Assembly: GCA_045105515.1 (NCBI GenBank)
Contig: JBGCDR010000082.1
Coordinates: 1 to 40,570, forward strand
Reading direction: 5' to 3'
DNA length: 40,570 nucleotides
Source of the DNA: Oligoflexales bacterium
Lineage (GTDB): Bacteria > Bdellovibrionota_B > Oligoflexia > Oligoflexales > Bog-1112
The notes beneath the pieces are model-generated. The model worked only from the letters and a program-made list of their open reading frames with translations, had not been told where the DNA came from and did no database searches. Both the position numbers and the translations under genes were made by a program. Positions 40,448-40,570 of this stretch are shown piece by piece. The number at the start of each line of letters is the position of its first letter. The first letter of the stretch is position 1.

Positions 40448-40570
40448 TAGCATTGAAAAGAATTAAGAAAAACCCTGTCAAAAACGGAGAGTTGGCTAAG
40501 GTTGTGAAGCCTTAGCAACATAAAGTCTTTGACTTTCTTATAGTAAATTAAGTCGCTTCGAGAGCGATCA

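Noticed and set aside
567..40521. Many short ORFs antisense to or nested in recognised genes (e.g. 567-881, 8953-9384, 10173-10487, 26337-26687, 32934-33353, 35512-35931, 39773-40078)
   Set aside because: Shadow frames of well-supported genes, with no recognisable motifs.
40231..40521. 96-aa minus-strand ORF at the window end
   Set aside because: Runs antisense through the putative rRNA promoter and leader; homopolymer-derived composition.
1..40570. Mobile elements, CRISPR arrays, prophage, defence or toxin-antitoxin genes, tRNAs
   Set aside because: No transposase, integrase, Cas or phage motifs, no repeat-spacer array, and no tRNA cloverleaf or T-arm signature in the intergenic regions.

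Overview
AT-rich, gene-dense bacterial chromosomal segment made up mostly of core functions. Gene order and content suggest a delta-like lineage, possibly Bdellovibrionota/Oligoflexia (inference only). In window order: sufC (cut at the edge) and sufB, divergent from an atypical HesB/IscA-like gene with a near-perfect Fur box between them; a GNAT acetyltransferase; a minus-strand motility cluster (flbD-motA-motB, a large secreted TPR-like protein, an unusual chemoreceptor); prfB with its programmed +1 frameshift; prkA/yeaG-yeaH-spoVR plus an uncharacterised outer-membrane protein; lptC-lptA-lptB-rpoN-rapZ; gcvP; a long minus-strand run (yajC, FadL/PorV-like barrel, sdhCAB, purSQLF, ArsC-family gene, rph, acpP, rpiB, glyA, nrdR, riboflavin synthase); a small lipoprotein with a CX4CH haem-like motif; and what looks like an rRNA operon promoter and leader at the right edge. 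I saw no mobile element, CRISPR array, prophage or defence system. The best candidates for undescribed biology are the motAB-linked TPR protein and the chemoreceptor with a CheZ-like tail, the HesB-like protein lacking its CGC motif, and the outer-membrane protein attached to the PrkA/YeaH/SpoVR module. All are hypotheses from motifs and context; no searches were run.
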